Origin: Octopus bimaculoides
Lineage: Eukaryota
Direction: 5' to 3'
Length of the DNA stretch: 63,892 nt
NCBI RefSeq assembly: GCF_001194135.2
Contig: NC_068989.1
Location: forward strand, 81,881,481-81,945,372
Made by a program: the position numbers and the translations under genes. Positions 11,324 through 21,711 of the stretch are shown piece by piece. Positions within the stretch are counted from its first letter, which is position 1. Each line of letters opens with the position of its first letter. The notes below the pieces were generated by a model that was given only the letters and a program-made list of their open reading frames with translations, did no database searches and was not told the DNA's origin.

Positions 11324-14300
11324 ACATAGTAAAATTGATAAAATGAGAATGGTGAACTTGTTGTGCGGAGTGTGAAATACAATGTTTCAGACAGAGTTCT
11401 CCTTCAGGGAAAAGTCGATAGGAGAGAGATCAATAGAGACAGCAGAGTTTTACATTCTCTAAGTTAAGAAAAGTGACTAAAACTGATAAGGAATGCAGGA
11501 CTATGGGAGCTTCATACATGAACAGAAAGAAACATGGTGAGAGAGGTTGAAGGATAAGAAACGGTTACATGAACTAAGAGGTGTAGAATTAGAAGGAACA
11601 GAACATGGTCTGTAATCATGGTAGGAGAGAGTTATGACAGTTGATGACCTAGGACCAGCAGAGTGCTGGGTCTATAACTGACTGAGGAAACTTTTGATTC
11701 AGAAAGAATTGTCATATTCTTTGACATTGAGACTTGAAATTCAAACCAATGCTGCAGAGCTGGTGAAGGCAACTGAATTGAAAGATGTAGCAGACTTAAT
11801 ATGTTTGGAGTGGGAAGAAGAGTAGTGGACGTAGAAGTGAGAGTCACTGGACTTGTAAGTGGAAGGAGGTAGACAGGTGGATATTGCTCATGGTGATGGA
11901 AACATGGAGAAAACTAGCAGACGTATCAGATATGGTGGAGGTAAGTTCCAAGGTAGGATGACAGGAATTAACAAAAGAGATAAAACTGTCAAGCTGTTGT
12001 CTGGTGAGTATGGTGGCACCAACACAACCATTAATCCATTAATATAATGAGCACTCAGTTCTAGGATGGGTCCACTGAACTAAGCAAAGATTTGCTCTTC
12101 GGTGTGACGTATGAAGAGGCTGGCATAATTGGAAGCTATCCTAGTTCCCATAGCAACCCGACTAGGTTTGCAAAATTCCAGGAAAATCATCAATGGAACA
12201 TTCAGGTCAAGCAAAGCTGAAAGAACTGAAACTTAGTTGAAAGATTTATATGAGATAAGAAAACTAACAAAATGTGTTTTGAGGGCTGATATTTCACAGG
12301 GTTGAAAGGTCAAGTAGACTTTTGTCTTGCAGATCCCTTATAAAGGATTTTGGTGAGCCTGTTCCTTTCAAAAATCAAATTGAAAAAGTTAACTCAAACC
12401 ACACACACACACAAAAAGAGACAGACTATGAGATAAGTACTTGAGATAAGTACCAGGAATAAAAATTGATGAAGAATTAAAGCAAATTTTGACTTGTTTC
12501 CAAACCAAGAAATGTGAAATGAAATCTTACCTTTGCCCAACTTGTTCTATCATGTGCTGTGAGTATCCCAACAGATGGTCCCACTGCTTCTTTGATACAC
12601 TTATCATAAATAATTTGAAGTTGTTTCTGCATCTCTGGTGCAGTGATCAGTTCATCTGTGTCATCAGTGATTCCCATTGTAAACATTCGACCATGACACA
12701 AGACCAAAATATGCCGGGGAGTCTCCCCTTCGCTCTCTAAAACACCAAAATATTACATTATTTACATTTGACAGATATTTATCCTCATCTTGTTTGTTGT
12801 TAACACAACGTTTCGGCTGATATACCCTCCAGCCTTCTTCAGGTGCCTTGGGGGAATTTCGAACTTGGATTCTCATTCCTAAGGTATTTTTCGATGTTAT
12901 TATTATTATTGTTACTGTTCAGGTCACTGCTTGGAATTGAACTCAAAATCTTGGGGTTAATAGCCCGTGCTCTTAACCACTATGCCATATTCCCATGGGC
13001 AATTATGGAGTGAATTTTAGGGCATATAAATCTAATATTTTTCTATCCTTCCTTAATATATCAGTATTAAGAAAGGATATGCCATATGCCATATGCCCAT
13101 GGACATATGACATAGTGGTTAAGAGCACAGGCTACTAACCCCAAGATTCCGAGTTCGATTCCAAGCAGTAACCCGAACAATAACAATAATAATAATAATA
13201 ATAATAACATTGAAAAATATCTTAGGAATGAGAACCCAGGTTCGAAATTTCCTCAAGACACCTGAAGAAGGCTGGAGAGTATATCAGCCAAAACGTTGTG
13301 TTAACAACAAACAAGATAAGGACAAATATCTGTCAAATGTAAATAATATACATAATTTATCATCTCTTAAATATAGAACTGTACCAAAATATTAGATCTT
13401 AACTTTAAGGTTATGGCCAAGGAAATTGTTATAGATTGTTGTTATAGAAAACAGAATAGTGTTGAAATGACGGTATTGTTGAATAACTGAGATCAGCATC
13501 TCATACAGATGTATAATGTCAAAAAACATAGAAATATATCAGTAGTAGATGGCTATATGAGATACTTTGAGTGATGATGATGAAGATGATACAAGTATGT
13601 TGATGCTGGTATTAATAGTGGTAATGATGATGATAATAGTGATCCAACCTGTTTTAAAATAATACAAAAGATGGTCCTTCTTTGTTCCGGGGATACGACA
13701 GGTGGTAAATATAGTGTGGTATTGGTTCATACACAAGGACTGACCATTTCTGTTTGTCTGAGATCGGAGAGTTTCACTGCAACAATGGAAACGGATATAT
13801 ATATAAATATATATATTGCTGTAGAAAGTGGGTTGAAGTGATGTGGAAGTAAGAGGGAAGAGGTATGAAAGTGAGAATTGAAAATTTGTGGAAGTATATT
13901 GGAAGTGTCATCATAGCATGGAATGAAAGATGACAAAGTGGACTCTTGTATGAGATGTTGTTGTTGTTTATTCTAGAATAGGAAAGTAGAAGATAGATTT
14001 AGCTGCAGTTGAACCACAATAATTTCACTTGACACTGTGAAAGAGTTAACATCTGTTCAAGTACAGACTCCAGCTTTTGATATAAACAGTTCAGAGAGCT
14101 CCCATCTCTTCTGGTAACAAAGGCCTCTCACTAAGAGAGAAAGGCAGACTGCATGGTGCCTGTGTGTGAACAGCCATGCTACACAGCAGTGAAACATAGG
14201 CTGTGACTGCCAAGGACATGAGTAGGCTTGTAAGAAATAAAGCTAGTATGCTTTATTGGATGTGTAATGTCAGTGTGCATGCATGACAGTGTAAGCATCC

Positions 14301-17300
14301 TGAGAGAAAAGTTAGGCATAAGAAACATCAGATGTGGTGTGCAAGAGAGATGACTGTGCTGGTATGGTCATGTGATGCATATGGATAAAGACAGTTGTGT
14401 GAAGAGGTGTTGCACTTGAATGGTAGAGGGAACCTGTGAAAGAGGTAGACCCAGGAAGACACAGGATGAGGTGATGAGGTACAATCTTCAAATGTTGGGC
14501 CTCACCAAGGCAATGACAAACGACTGAGACTTTTAGTGATATGCCTCACTTGAGAAGACCCGCCAAGCCAAGTGAGACTGTAGTCGTGGCCGATACCAGT
14601 GTAACTGGCTTGTTAAAAGTACCCTTGAAACGTTGGGCGATATGCAGTGCTTGTGAAGACCTGTCGAGTCAAGTGAAATCATAGTCATGGCTGATGCCAG
14701 TGACATCTGACTGGCACCCATGCTGGTGGAACATAAAAAGCACCATTCAAGCGTTGGGCCTCAAGAAGGCAATGACAGGTGACTGAGACCTTTGGTAATA
14801 TACTGTGTTTGTGTAGACCTGTGAAGCCACACGAGACCATAGTCGTGGCTGATGTCGGTGTCATGTTAATGGCACCCATGCCAGTGGCATGTAAAAGTCA
14901 CTCACTACACTCTCAGAGTTGTTGGTATTAGGAAGGGTAACCAGCCATAGAAACCTTGCCAAATCAGATTGGAACCTGATGCAGCTCCCCAGCTTACCAG
15001 TTTTCAGTTAAGCTATCCAACCCATGGCAGCATGGAAAGCGGACATTAAAATTAAATGATCGTGATGATGATGGGGCAATGGAGAAGAAGAAAGTGAATA
15101 AAGAGGAAAAGATAAAGAGAAGAACAGAAAGAGGAAAACAAAGAAAATGGAGAAAGAGTGGATAAGAAAAAGTGAAGGAACAGATAAAAAAAGTGAGAAT
15201 GAGAAAAAGGAAGAGTGGTGTGCGTGTGTGTGTTTGTGAGAGAGAGAGAGAGATATCTTACCGTCTAAGAAACTGCCAAAATTCAAGAGTGTAATACAAA
15301 CACATAGCACACCGTTCTATCTGGGTCCCTACTTTGGCTGGCCAGTAATGCCTATAATAAGGTCCTTCACCCCCAGTGTTGATCATAGGTGCACAGGGAC
15401 TGCGAGTCTCTAGGTAAGCAAGGTCTTCCCACCATTTCTCCAACTGTGGAACATAATTACAGATTTATAAATTAATAATTCATTATTTCCGTAATTAGAA
15501 ATATAAAAATTACTCTATGGTGATGTATACACATCATATACACTCAAACACTGTATATGCACATATCTACAAGCTGTGTATGCACATACATCTAAATACT
15601 GTATTCACATACATTTACACATTATATACACATATCTATACATCATATACATCTAAACACCATATACATATATATCTATGCAATGTATACAAACATATAT
15701 CTATAAGCTATATAAATAAGTAGATAGCTCTCTATAGGGTTCAACAATAAGTATCCAGTTGTTCAACCATCTCGACCAATCAATCACTGAAATATAAGTG
15801 TAAGTGGCAGAGTATTCCACAGATAATTATACCATTAATTAGGTAGAATCTTGTCTCTTGGATCTCCATGAGTGGGTTCCTAAGCAAGTCTCTAAGTTGA
15901 TTGATCCCTTTCTCAGCAGGCATTGAAATATGACCTTTTGCAAGTTATCATGTAAGTGTAAGTTTATATATATATATTAGTATGTATACAATGAGAGAAA
16001 GAAAAGGAAAAAAGAAAGAGACAGAACCAAGAATGACATCTTGAATTGCAATTTAATTGCAATGGCTTGACCACATATTAATGAGAAAATGTATACATTT
16101 ACAAATATGTTAATATGTATATAATGAGAGAAGAAAAAAAAGGGGAAAGAAAAGAATGCTTTTGAAAATAATGACTGAATTAAGCTAACTTCTTGAATTG
16201 TAATTGAATCTCAATGGGTTGACCACATTGGTACAATATAATTGAAAAGAAGCTTCTCTTTCCCTATCATCCTTTTTTTCTTCTTCCTCTTTTTTGTTAT
16301 CTCTTCCATCATAAGGGGGTAAGGTTTAAATTGTGTTTGATTAATACCTAAATAATGCATGTGCTGTACTCTTTTACTCTTGTTTCAGTCATTTGACTGT
16401 GGCCATGCTGGAGCACCGCCTTTAGTCGAGAAAAATCAACCCCAGGACTTATTCTTTGTAAGCCTAGTACTTATTCTATCGGTCTCTTTTGCCGGACCAC
16501 TAAGTTACGGGGACGTAAACACACCAGCATCGGTTGTCAAGCGATGTTGGGGGGACAAACACAGACACACAAACACATATATATATACATATACGTATAT
16601 TCGACGGGCTTCTTTCAGTTTCCGTCTACCAAATCCACTCACAAGGTTTTGGTCGACCTGAGGCTATAGTAGAAGATATTTGCGCAAGATGTCATGCAGT
16701 GGGACTGAACCCGGAACCATGTGGTTGGTAAGCAAGCTACTTACCACACAGCCACTCCTGCGCCTACTTCATGTTTTTCTCAAAAAGGTTTGTTAAGTAT
16801 ACAATTTTGAAAGACCACTGTTCAGAGAAACATAGACCCCATAGTGTTAATGAACCAACATGATAACACTAGTCCAAATACATCAGTGTTTAGCAATGGC
16901 AGAGGTAACACATTTGTGTTGCAGAAAACTACATCTTTAGCTTTTATATTCCTGACAGAGTTTGTGAATTTTCTTTATAACTTTCTTTGAACTTGTAGAA
17001 TAAAATGAATCACTGCAAAATGTTAGAATTAAGAAGGTAAGAGAGGCAATAAGCATCCCCCACTTCTCATATAAACATTACAATAAAGACACAATGTCTG
17101 AAGTATTAAGGATCGAACAAAGTTAACTTACCCAATTATTCTCATTCTTAGCTTTTTCCTCCAAGAGTCTATGTAGTCTGGCACCGGCATTGCTGGCAAA
17201 TTCCTGCACAATTTCCGTGGTCTGCTGGTATTCTTCGTCAGATACATGTGGTCGGACTAAAGACACAAACAATAATTCCCCTTTTATTTTGTAGAAATCA

Positions 17301-18450
17301 CATTCTATTTAATGATTTTCTGCTATGCTGGTAAATATGCCAGCCAGCATTATGGAGGTGTTCAGTGAGTCCCAACCTCCCCTTATCACCCCACTTTCAT
17401 GGTATGTATGACCAGCTACCAATTGCAACCAGCCAGTTCTACTATAAGCTCCTGTATCCATTTCTAGAAATGCATACACTTCAAACAAACCCACAAACTC
17501 CATGCCCCTCCCATTAGTTTTCTGTAAGCACCTCCCTCTCCTGCCCTCCTTTACCGCAACCAATGGTGTTCAACAGGTACTTATTTTATCGACCTTGAAA
17601 GGATGACAGGCACAGTTGTATTTTTACTGTGAAAGTTGGGGAGATAACTATATTTTGGGCCTTGTGCCTAGAGTAGAAAAGAATATACTATATATACATA
17701 CACTACAAACACTAATATACTATATTGTGTGATTACATGATCAACCAGACTACTGGATGTTGTTATACATCACTGGTCACAATGTGCTTTGCATTGTTTT
17801 TGGTTTTGAATGGTGTCACCCCATTGGCAAGGTGAGCAAGCCAACATTCCCCCTGATCAGAAGGCTATCCGGTCATAGGGTTACTGAATAGACTGGAGCA
17901 ATGTGAAAGGAAGTGTTTTTCTAAAAAAACACAATGCACAACTAGTCTGGGAATTGAACCCATGATCTCACAATTGTGAGTGAAACACACCTAACCACTG
18001 AGCCACATGCCTTCACAATATATTATATACACACTGTACAAGGGGATGCTGAAAAGTTCCTGGCTTTGAGTAAAAGAAAATACAGGAGGATCAGTTAATT
18101 ATGATTTTATTCAACATATTCCCCTCTCAGATTCACATACTTATTGCACTGGTCCTTCAGGTTTTGTAAGCCCTGTGAAAGAACTCAAAAGGTTAGGCCT
18201 CCAGCCAGGCCTTTCGCGACACCCGCAAAAATTCAGAAACTTTTCAGTACCCTCTCATACATACACACTATACACCTTACATACACAATCCCTTTCATAT
18301 TCAGAATGAGAAAATGAGAGGAACTTTACCTGAATCCAAGTATTTCTGGAGAGTTTTACTAAGATCTGGACATGGTAGAGGCGGCAATGCATCTTGGTTT
18401 TGGAAGGTCTTCTCTTCTGTTGAAGTTATCTGCAGAATTGTCGCAGACAT
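2898..18450 (-). CDS. CROT: Carnitine O-octanoyltransferase-like gene (choline/carnitine acyltransferase family); 11 coding exons, 475 codons visible, 3' part missing
   Basis: Hand-spliced GT-AG exons with consistent phases give a continuous ORF starting MSATILQITSTEEKTFQNQDALPPLPCPDL. It contains NNWLEKWWEDLAYL, YWPAKVGTQIER, GDPTNRWFDKSINLI, catalytic HSPSD, HPDTHVQLALQ and YETATIRVFWHGRTETIRSC. YWPxKxGTQ and HPDT are CROT-type rather than CPT/CrAT-type motifs (recalled human CROT). Confidence 0.93.
3121..3765. mobile_element. piggyBac-type MITE (TTAA flanks) split by a SINE
   Basis: ttaa|ctctttagcattca ... gaatactaaaggg|ttaa; homologous copies at 46394-46901, 47733-47950 and 60019-60214. 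Confidence 0.7.
3285..3717 (-). mobile_element. SINE family A copy
   Basis: Homology to 41662-42070. Confidence 0.85.
3783..3913 (-). CDS. CROT: CROT coding exon 10 (AKTVKC...HPDTHVQLALQYVYYRLNG)
   Basis: ttttcag acceptor, gtgagt donor, 131 bp, phase 0 to 2. Confidence 0.93.
5760..5867 (-). CDS. CROT: CROT coding exon 9 (GNMTVRDLEPPKE...IYLNT)
   Basis: ctgcag acceptor, gtaagt donor, 108 bp. Confidence 0.9.
7403..7486 (-). CDS. CROT: CROT coding exon 8 (catalytic His: HSPSDGMTTV...KGKWT)
   Basis: ctgttag acceptor, gtaagt donor, 84 bp; HxxxD catalytic motif. Confidence 0.92.
8170..8520 (+). mobile_element. RTE 3'-end-derived short element ending in (GAT)n
   Basis: Shares gtgc(c/t)ggtggcacgtaaaaagcacc, ttaggaagggcatccagctgtag and aacccatgccagcatgg with the LINE 3' UTR. 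Further copies at ~890-1110, 2200-2380, 4220-4520, 32270-32806, 35850-36055, 36520-36700, 45690-45830, 52760-53010. Confidence 0.8.
8549..8650 (-). CDS. CROT: CROT coding exon 7 (LFQKAIAGDPTNRWFDKS...GSNLD)
   Basis: ttcccag acceptor, gtaagt donor, 102 bp. Confidence 0.93.
9117..9357 (-). mobile_element. SINE family B (gagctggcagaa...gagttcaaattcc...ctttcatcctt...aagtaccag)
   Basis: Other copies at ~5300-5650, 7748-8150, 37195-37400, 40840-41232, 44975-45350, 47395-47632, 58745-58970, 59295-59820. Confidence 0.85.
10620..10733 (-). CDS. CROT: CROT coding exon 6 (YYKELLAIHPGN...DTSE)
   Basis: ttttcag acceptor, gtatga donor, 114 bp, phase 0 to 0. Confidence 0.9.
10854..10888 (-). ncRNA. Degenerate minimal hammerhead motif in a repeat spanning ~10760-10960
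   Basis: AUUU-CUGAUGA-A-GAGC-ucu-GCUU-GAACC-GUG-AAAU; core changes at A15.1 and H17. Confidence 0.5.
11370..12240 (-). mobile_element. Degenerate Penelope-like element (RT remnant plus decayed hammerhead-like motif at ~11375-11408)
   Basis: Broken minus-strand translation VAMGTRIASNYASLFIRHTEEQIF...CVGATILTRQQLDSFISFVNSCHPTLELTSTISDTSASFL...YKSSDSHFYVHYSSSH resembles the PLE RT motifs GVAMG..YANLF, FVNSFHPAL.FT and YKPTDSHSYL.YSSSHP. Confidence 0.7.
12531..12736 (-). CDS. CROT: CROT coding exon 5 (SEGETPRHILVLCHGR...HDRTSWAK)
   Basis: ttttag acceptor, gtaaga donor, 206 bp, phase 1 to 0. Confidence 0.93.
12755..12990 (-). mobile_element. tRNA-headed SINE-like unit carrying a hammerhead motif, left arm of a head-to-head pair
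   Basis: A box TGGCATAGTGG (12987-12977), B box GTTCAATTC (12942-12934), (AAT)n linker, then a hammerhead core; roughly 90% identical by eye to the reverse complement of the right arm. Confidence 0.8.
12802..12847 (-). ncRNA. Minimal type I hammerhead ribozyme motif, core intact
   Basis: GGCAC-CUGAAGA-A-GGCUG-gaggguauau-CAGCC-GAAA-C-GUU-GUGUU: stem I GGCAC/GUGUU, stem II 5 bp, palindromic ACGU stem III, GUU cleavage triplet, extra A between A9 and G10.1. Confidence 0.7.
13104..13383 (+). mobile_element. Same tRNA-headed SINE-like unit, right arm
   Basis: A box TGACATAGTGG, B box GTTCGATTC (13153-13161), (AAT)n, hammerhead-like core with G12>A. Confidence 0.8.
13257..13302 (+). ncRNA. Hammerhead motif, probably inactive (G12>A)
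   Basis: GACAC-CUGAAGA-A-GGCUG-gagaguauau-CAGCC-AAAAC-GUU-GUGUU. Confidence 0.6.
13649..13776 (-). CDS. CROT: CROT coding exon 4 (ETLRSQ...CMNQYHTIFTTCRIPG...YFKT)
   Basis: ttgcag acceptor, gttgga donor, 128 bp, phase 2 to 1; matches the LDMNQFRMLFSTCKVPG motif. Confidence 0.92.
14085..15075 (+). mobile_element. Shorter 5'-truncated copy of the same RTE LINE (CROT intron, antisense)
   Basis: Homologous to 28270-29015 (ggcagactg...gaaagaggtagacccaggaagac...) and same 3' end. Confidence 0.85.
15262..15443 (-). CDS. CROT: CROT coding exon 3 (LEKWWEDLAYL...FWQFLR)
   Basis: ccacag acceptor, gtaaga donor, 182 bp, phase 0 to 2. Confidence 0.93.
16368..16766 (-). mobile_element. SINE family A copy
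   Basis: Homology to 41662-42070. Confidence 0.85.
17132..17256 (-). CDS. CROT: CROT coding exon 2 (RPHVSDEEYQQT...NENNW)
   Basis: tttag acceptor, gtaagt donor, 125 bp, phase 1 to 0. Confidence 0.92.
17690..18015 (-). mobile_element. Further tRNA-derived SINE
   Basis: Head gtggctcagtggttagg...gggttcaattccc (A and B boxes). Confidence 0.6.
18039..18257. mobile_element. Mariner-type MITE
   Basis: Imperfect TIRs TA-caaggggatgctgaaaagtt / aacttttcagtaccctctca-TA. Confidence 0.7.
18330..18450 (-). CDS. CROT: CROT coding exon 1 (MSATIL...KYLDS), ends phase 1
   Basis: Acceptor ttctcattgacag 4 nt before the ATG; donor G|gtaaag; LPPLPCPDLSKTLQKYLDS motif. Confidence 0.9.
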
Positions 18451-18523
18451 CTTTCTGTCAATGAGAACAGACGCAATAATTTGGAGTTTAGTAAAGCAAT
18501 ATAATAAAGATTCAGAGAATTAC

Positions 18524-18581
<58 letters not shown>

Positions 18582-19199
18582 GATGGAGAGGTATGACATA
18601 CAGAACAACTAGGAAGTTCTATGAGATACTTATTAGGAGCTACAGATCAAGGTAGGGTTCCAGACAGACAGAAAGTGACTTGATTGGGAAACAGTACAGC
18701 AGATAAAACCATTAAAGCTAAGAGACAAGCCTACAAAGACTGGAAGAAAGAGAGTAGCAGAGAACTATACCAAACTGCTAGAAGAGAAGCTAGATGTTAG
18801 GTCATAATCATTATTCAATGTCTGTTTTTCCATGCTGGCATGGGTTTGACAGCTGAGATGGTAATGATGTGATAGTAATAGTATGAGATGAAGTTGTGAT
18901 AGAGGCAGAGGCGATGGTGATGATGGTATTGGTAGTTGAGGTGGTCAAGCATGATGGTGATAGTAAGGGATGTGAAAGACAGTGGTGATGGTGGTGGAGG
19001 GGAAGGTGGCAAAGTCGAAGGTGTTGATGTTGGTGGTGTCAGAAGTCTGAATGTTGTGTAGGGCAGTTGTGATGGCAATGGCGGTGATACTAGCGATGGT
19101 GACAGTTGAAAGCAATCAACAGAAAGAGAAAGAGAAAAAAAATGTACTTAAGTTGGTGTCTTTTACGTGCCACCTGCACAGGAGCCAGTCCAGCGGCAA

Positions 19200-19271
19200 T
19201 GGCAACGACCTCGCTCGAATGGCAACGACCTCGCTCGAATGGCAACGACCTCGCTCGAATAGGCAACGACC
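19200..19271 (+). repeat. 20-bp minisatellite (ggcaacgacctcgctcgaat) x ~3.5
   Basis: Direct observation, adjacent to a gap. Confidence 0.9.
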
Positions 19272-19832
19272 TATATATATATATATNNNNNNNNNNNNNN
19301 NNNNNNNNNNNNNNNNNNNNNNNNNNNNNNNNNNNNNNNNNNNNNNNNNNNNNNNNNNNNNNNNNNNNNNNNNNNNNNNNNNNNNNNNNNNNNNNNNNNN
19401 NNNNNNNNNNNNNNNNNNNNNNNNNNNNNNNNNNNNNNNNNNNNNNNNNNNNNNNNNNNNNNNNNNNNNNNNNNNNNNNNNNNNNNNNNNNNNNNNNNNN
19501 NNNNNNNNNNNNNNNNNNNNNNNNNNNNNNNNNNNNNNNNNNNNNNNNNNNNNNNNNNNNNNNNNNNNNNNNNNNNNNNNNNNNNNNNNNNNNNNNNNNN
19601 NNNNNNNNNNNNNNNNNNNNNNNNNNNNNNNNNNNNNNNNNNNNNNNNNNNNNNNNNNNNNNNNNNNNNNNNNNNNNNNNNNNNNNNNNNNNNNNNNNNN
19701 NNNNNNNNNNNNNNNNNNNNNNNNNNNNNNNNNNNNNNNNNNNNNNNNNNNNNNNNNNNNNNNNNNNNNNNNNNNNNNNNNNNNNNNNNNNNNNNNNNNN
19801 NNNNNNNNNTATATATATATATATATATATAT

Positions 19833-19870
<38 letters not shown>

Positions 19871-20399
19871 GAGTGAATGAGAATAACGACAGAAGGGTTA
19901 AAAAAAGTGTAAAAATAATTGAAGATAAAATGTAACAAAGCTGAAGCCAAAACATTAAAAATTATTGAAAGTGGGTAGGAATAAACACTACGTAGTGTAG
20001 TAGTACTACGCTAGGGTATCTGTAGAAAGTTGAATGTGATATTGGAATATAACGAGGAAAAATTCGTGAGTTTTCCGAAAGTCCTCATCCCTCCTCAAGA
20101 TTTTCCCCACAAATTATTTCATAATCGTAATGTATGCCGTTTGAAAGGTATTTATTTAAAATATCACTGAAAAAAACAAACCATTTTCCTAAAAGTTACA
20201 AGGGAAAAACACCCAAAGTTTATACAGCTGTAGTCCGAAGGGTAGTAAAAGTACACAATACGTAATAATTGCTTATATTCCAAACTGTATAAAATGTTGG
20301 GTGCATATAACTTGACTCCGGTTATCATCATGATTCGATACATTTTCTTAGAGTCAAACGACTTAATATATATCAAAAAAAAAAAAAAACCTTTTATAA

Positions 20400-21710
20400 T
20401 CACATTTGGGCGGAGTTCCGGAACAGGCACTGTCGATACTTTATTTTTTCGAGAGTTTCCTTAGCTTTCCATACCTAAAAAACTAAATATTATGATTCTA
20501 AGTACTGGCATTGATATAATTGAGGCTAGCTCTCGAGATATTATAAACAAACGGCGACAAATGGGAGCATAGAATGTATGACCGACATTCTCTTTCACTG
20601 GGGTAATTAACAGAGAATGAATGCTATTGATTTCAGATAAATTCACATAGTGAATTCCACCCATGATAACCTATCTTATAAAAGGATTACATTTTCCGGT
20701 GATTTAAGGAAAATCTGACTGCCATTTCAAGTCGAGCAACCTCGTTGGGTCACGAATGGTGTCAGGCCATTTGTGTAGACCTAATTAAAGGTATTCGAGA
20801 GATGATCAGCCAATCTTTTTAGAAGTACGTGGGACTAATTACACATATATTTTTTTTATTGTAGATGATAGAGTGATTTGAGGGATTTGGTTGCTATTTC
20901 TAGCAAGACGAGCGACTATATAGAGGCTGTCGCGCATGATTAAGAATGCATTGGGATGCAGCGAAATCAGCAGACAGGAAAGGCGGTGACGGTGACACAA
21001 ACAGTGGCAGTGGTACGAAGGGTAACAGTGACACAAACGTACACAAAGGAAATAAATAGACAGAATAGAAAGCGGTCAATAGGACAATGGGGGAGCAATT
21101 GAACATGTCAAATAGCACAATGTGAATATATCAATGCTTTGATGTTTGACTGTAGACAGTAGTAATTAAACAAACGAACAGATAAATGTCTAGCTACAGG
21201 CATGCACAAAATATACAAAGTCTGAAAACAGATAGATATAGAGTTACGTGTTACAAACCTAGTAAGTAAGTGTCTCCAATATTTGGGATGTCGGTCTAGA
21301 TATTGACTTATTCACGGGAGATAACGCCCATTGTTAAGTTGAATTGTTGAATTACCGTTCTTGATGGTTGGTTCCCGACTGAACTCTTAAATATCCCTCT
21401 GCTTCGCTTCGGATCAGAGGTACGAAAGCAACAAAATAACTTTTAAAACGCAGAACAGGTTTGATGACGTTTTAATGTGTCATTGGTTTAGATAAGCTTC
21501 CTTAACTACTATATCTCCCTCTCTTTCTCACGCACGCAAGTACGCACGTATGTATGTTGCGTGAAACTTACGGAGAAATAGTTTGTGAAGTTTTTTCATC
21601 GTCAATAAAACTTTACTTTCAACTTTTGGTATTCAAGTATTGTCTTTTCCACCTTTTTGTGCTCACATGTGTGTGCGCGCGCGCATGCGTGGGTGTGTGT
21701 ATCTATCTAA
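20400..21710 (-). promoter_or_regulatory. Candidate CROT promoter / 5' UTR region
   Basis: Visibly CpG-richer than the surrounding introns; ATTGG (CCAAT) at ~21482; TGACGT at ~21465; NRF1-like gcgcgcatgcgt at ~21679-21690; minus-strand donor CC|GTAAGT at 21571-21566. Coding exon 1 has an acceptor 4 nt before the ATG, so a non-coding exon must lie upstream. Confidence 0.4.
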
Positions 21711-21711
21711 C

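Noticed and set aside
12930-13165. tRNA genes
   Set aside because: A and B boxes are present but there is no complete acceptor stem; these are SINE heads. The same applies to the other tRNA-like heads in the window.
12755-13383. CRISPR or prokaryotic terminator interpretation of the palindromes and regular repeats
   Set aside because: Spliceosomal eukaryotic context; no repeat-spacer array and no cas-like ORFs.
20400-20475. VPVPELRP resembling the LPxLPVPxL start of carnitine acyltransferases
   Set aside because: An in-frame stop lies upstream, and the true motif is in the exon at 18330-18450.
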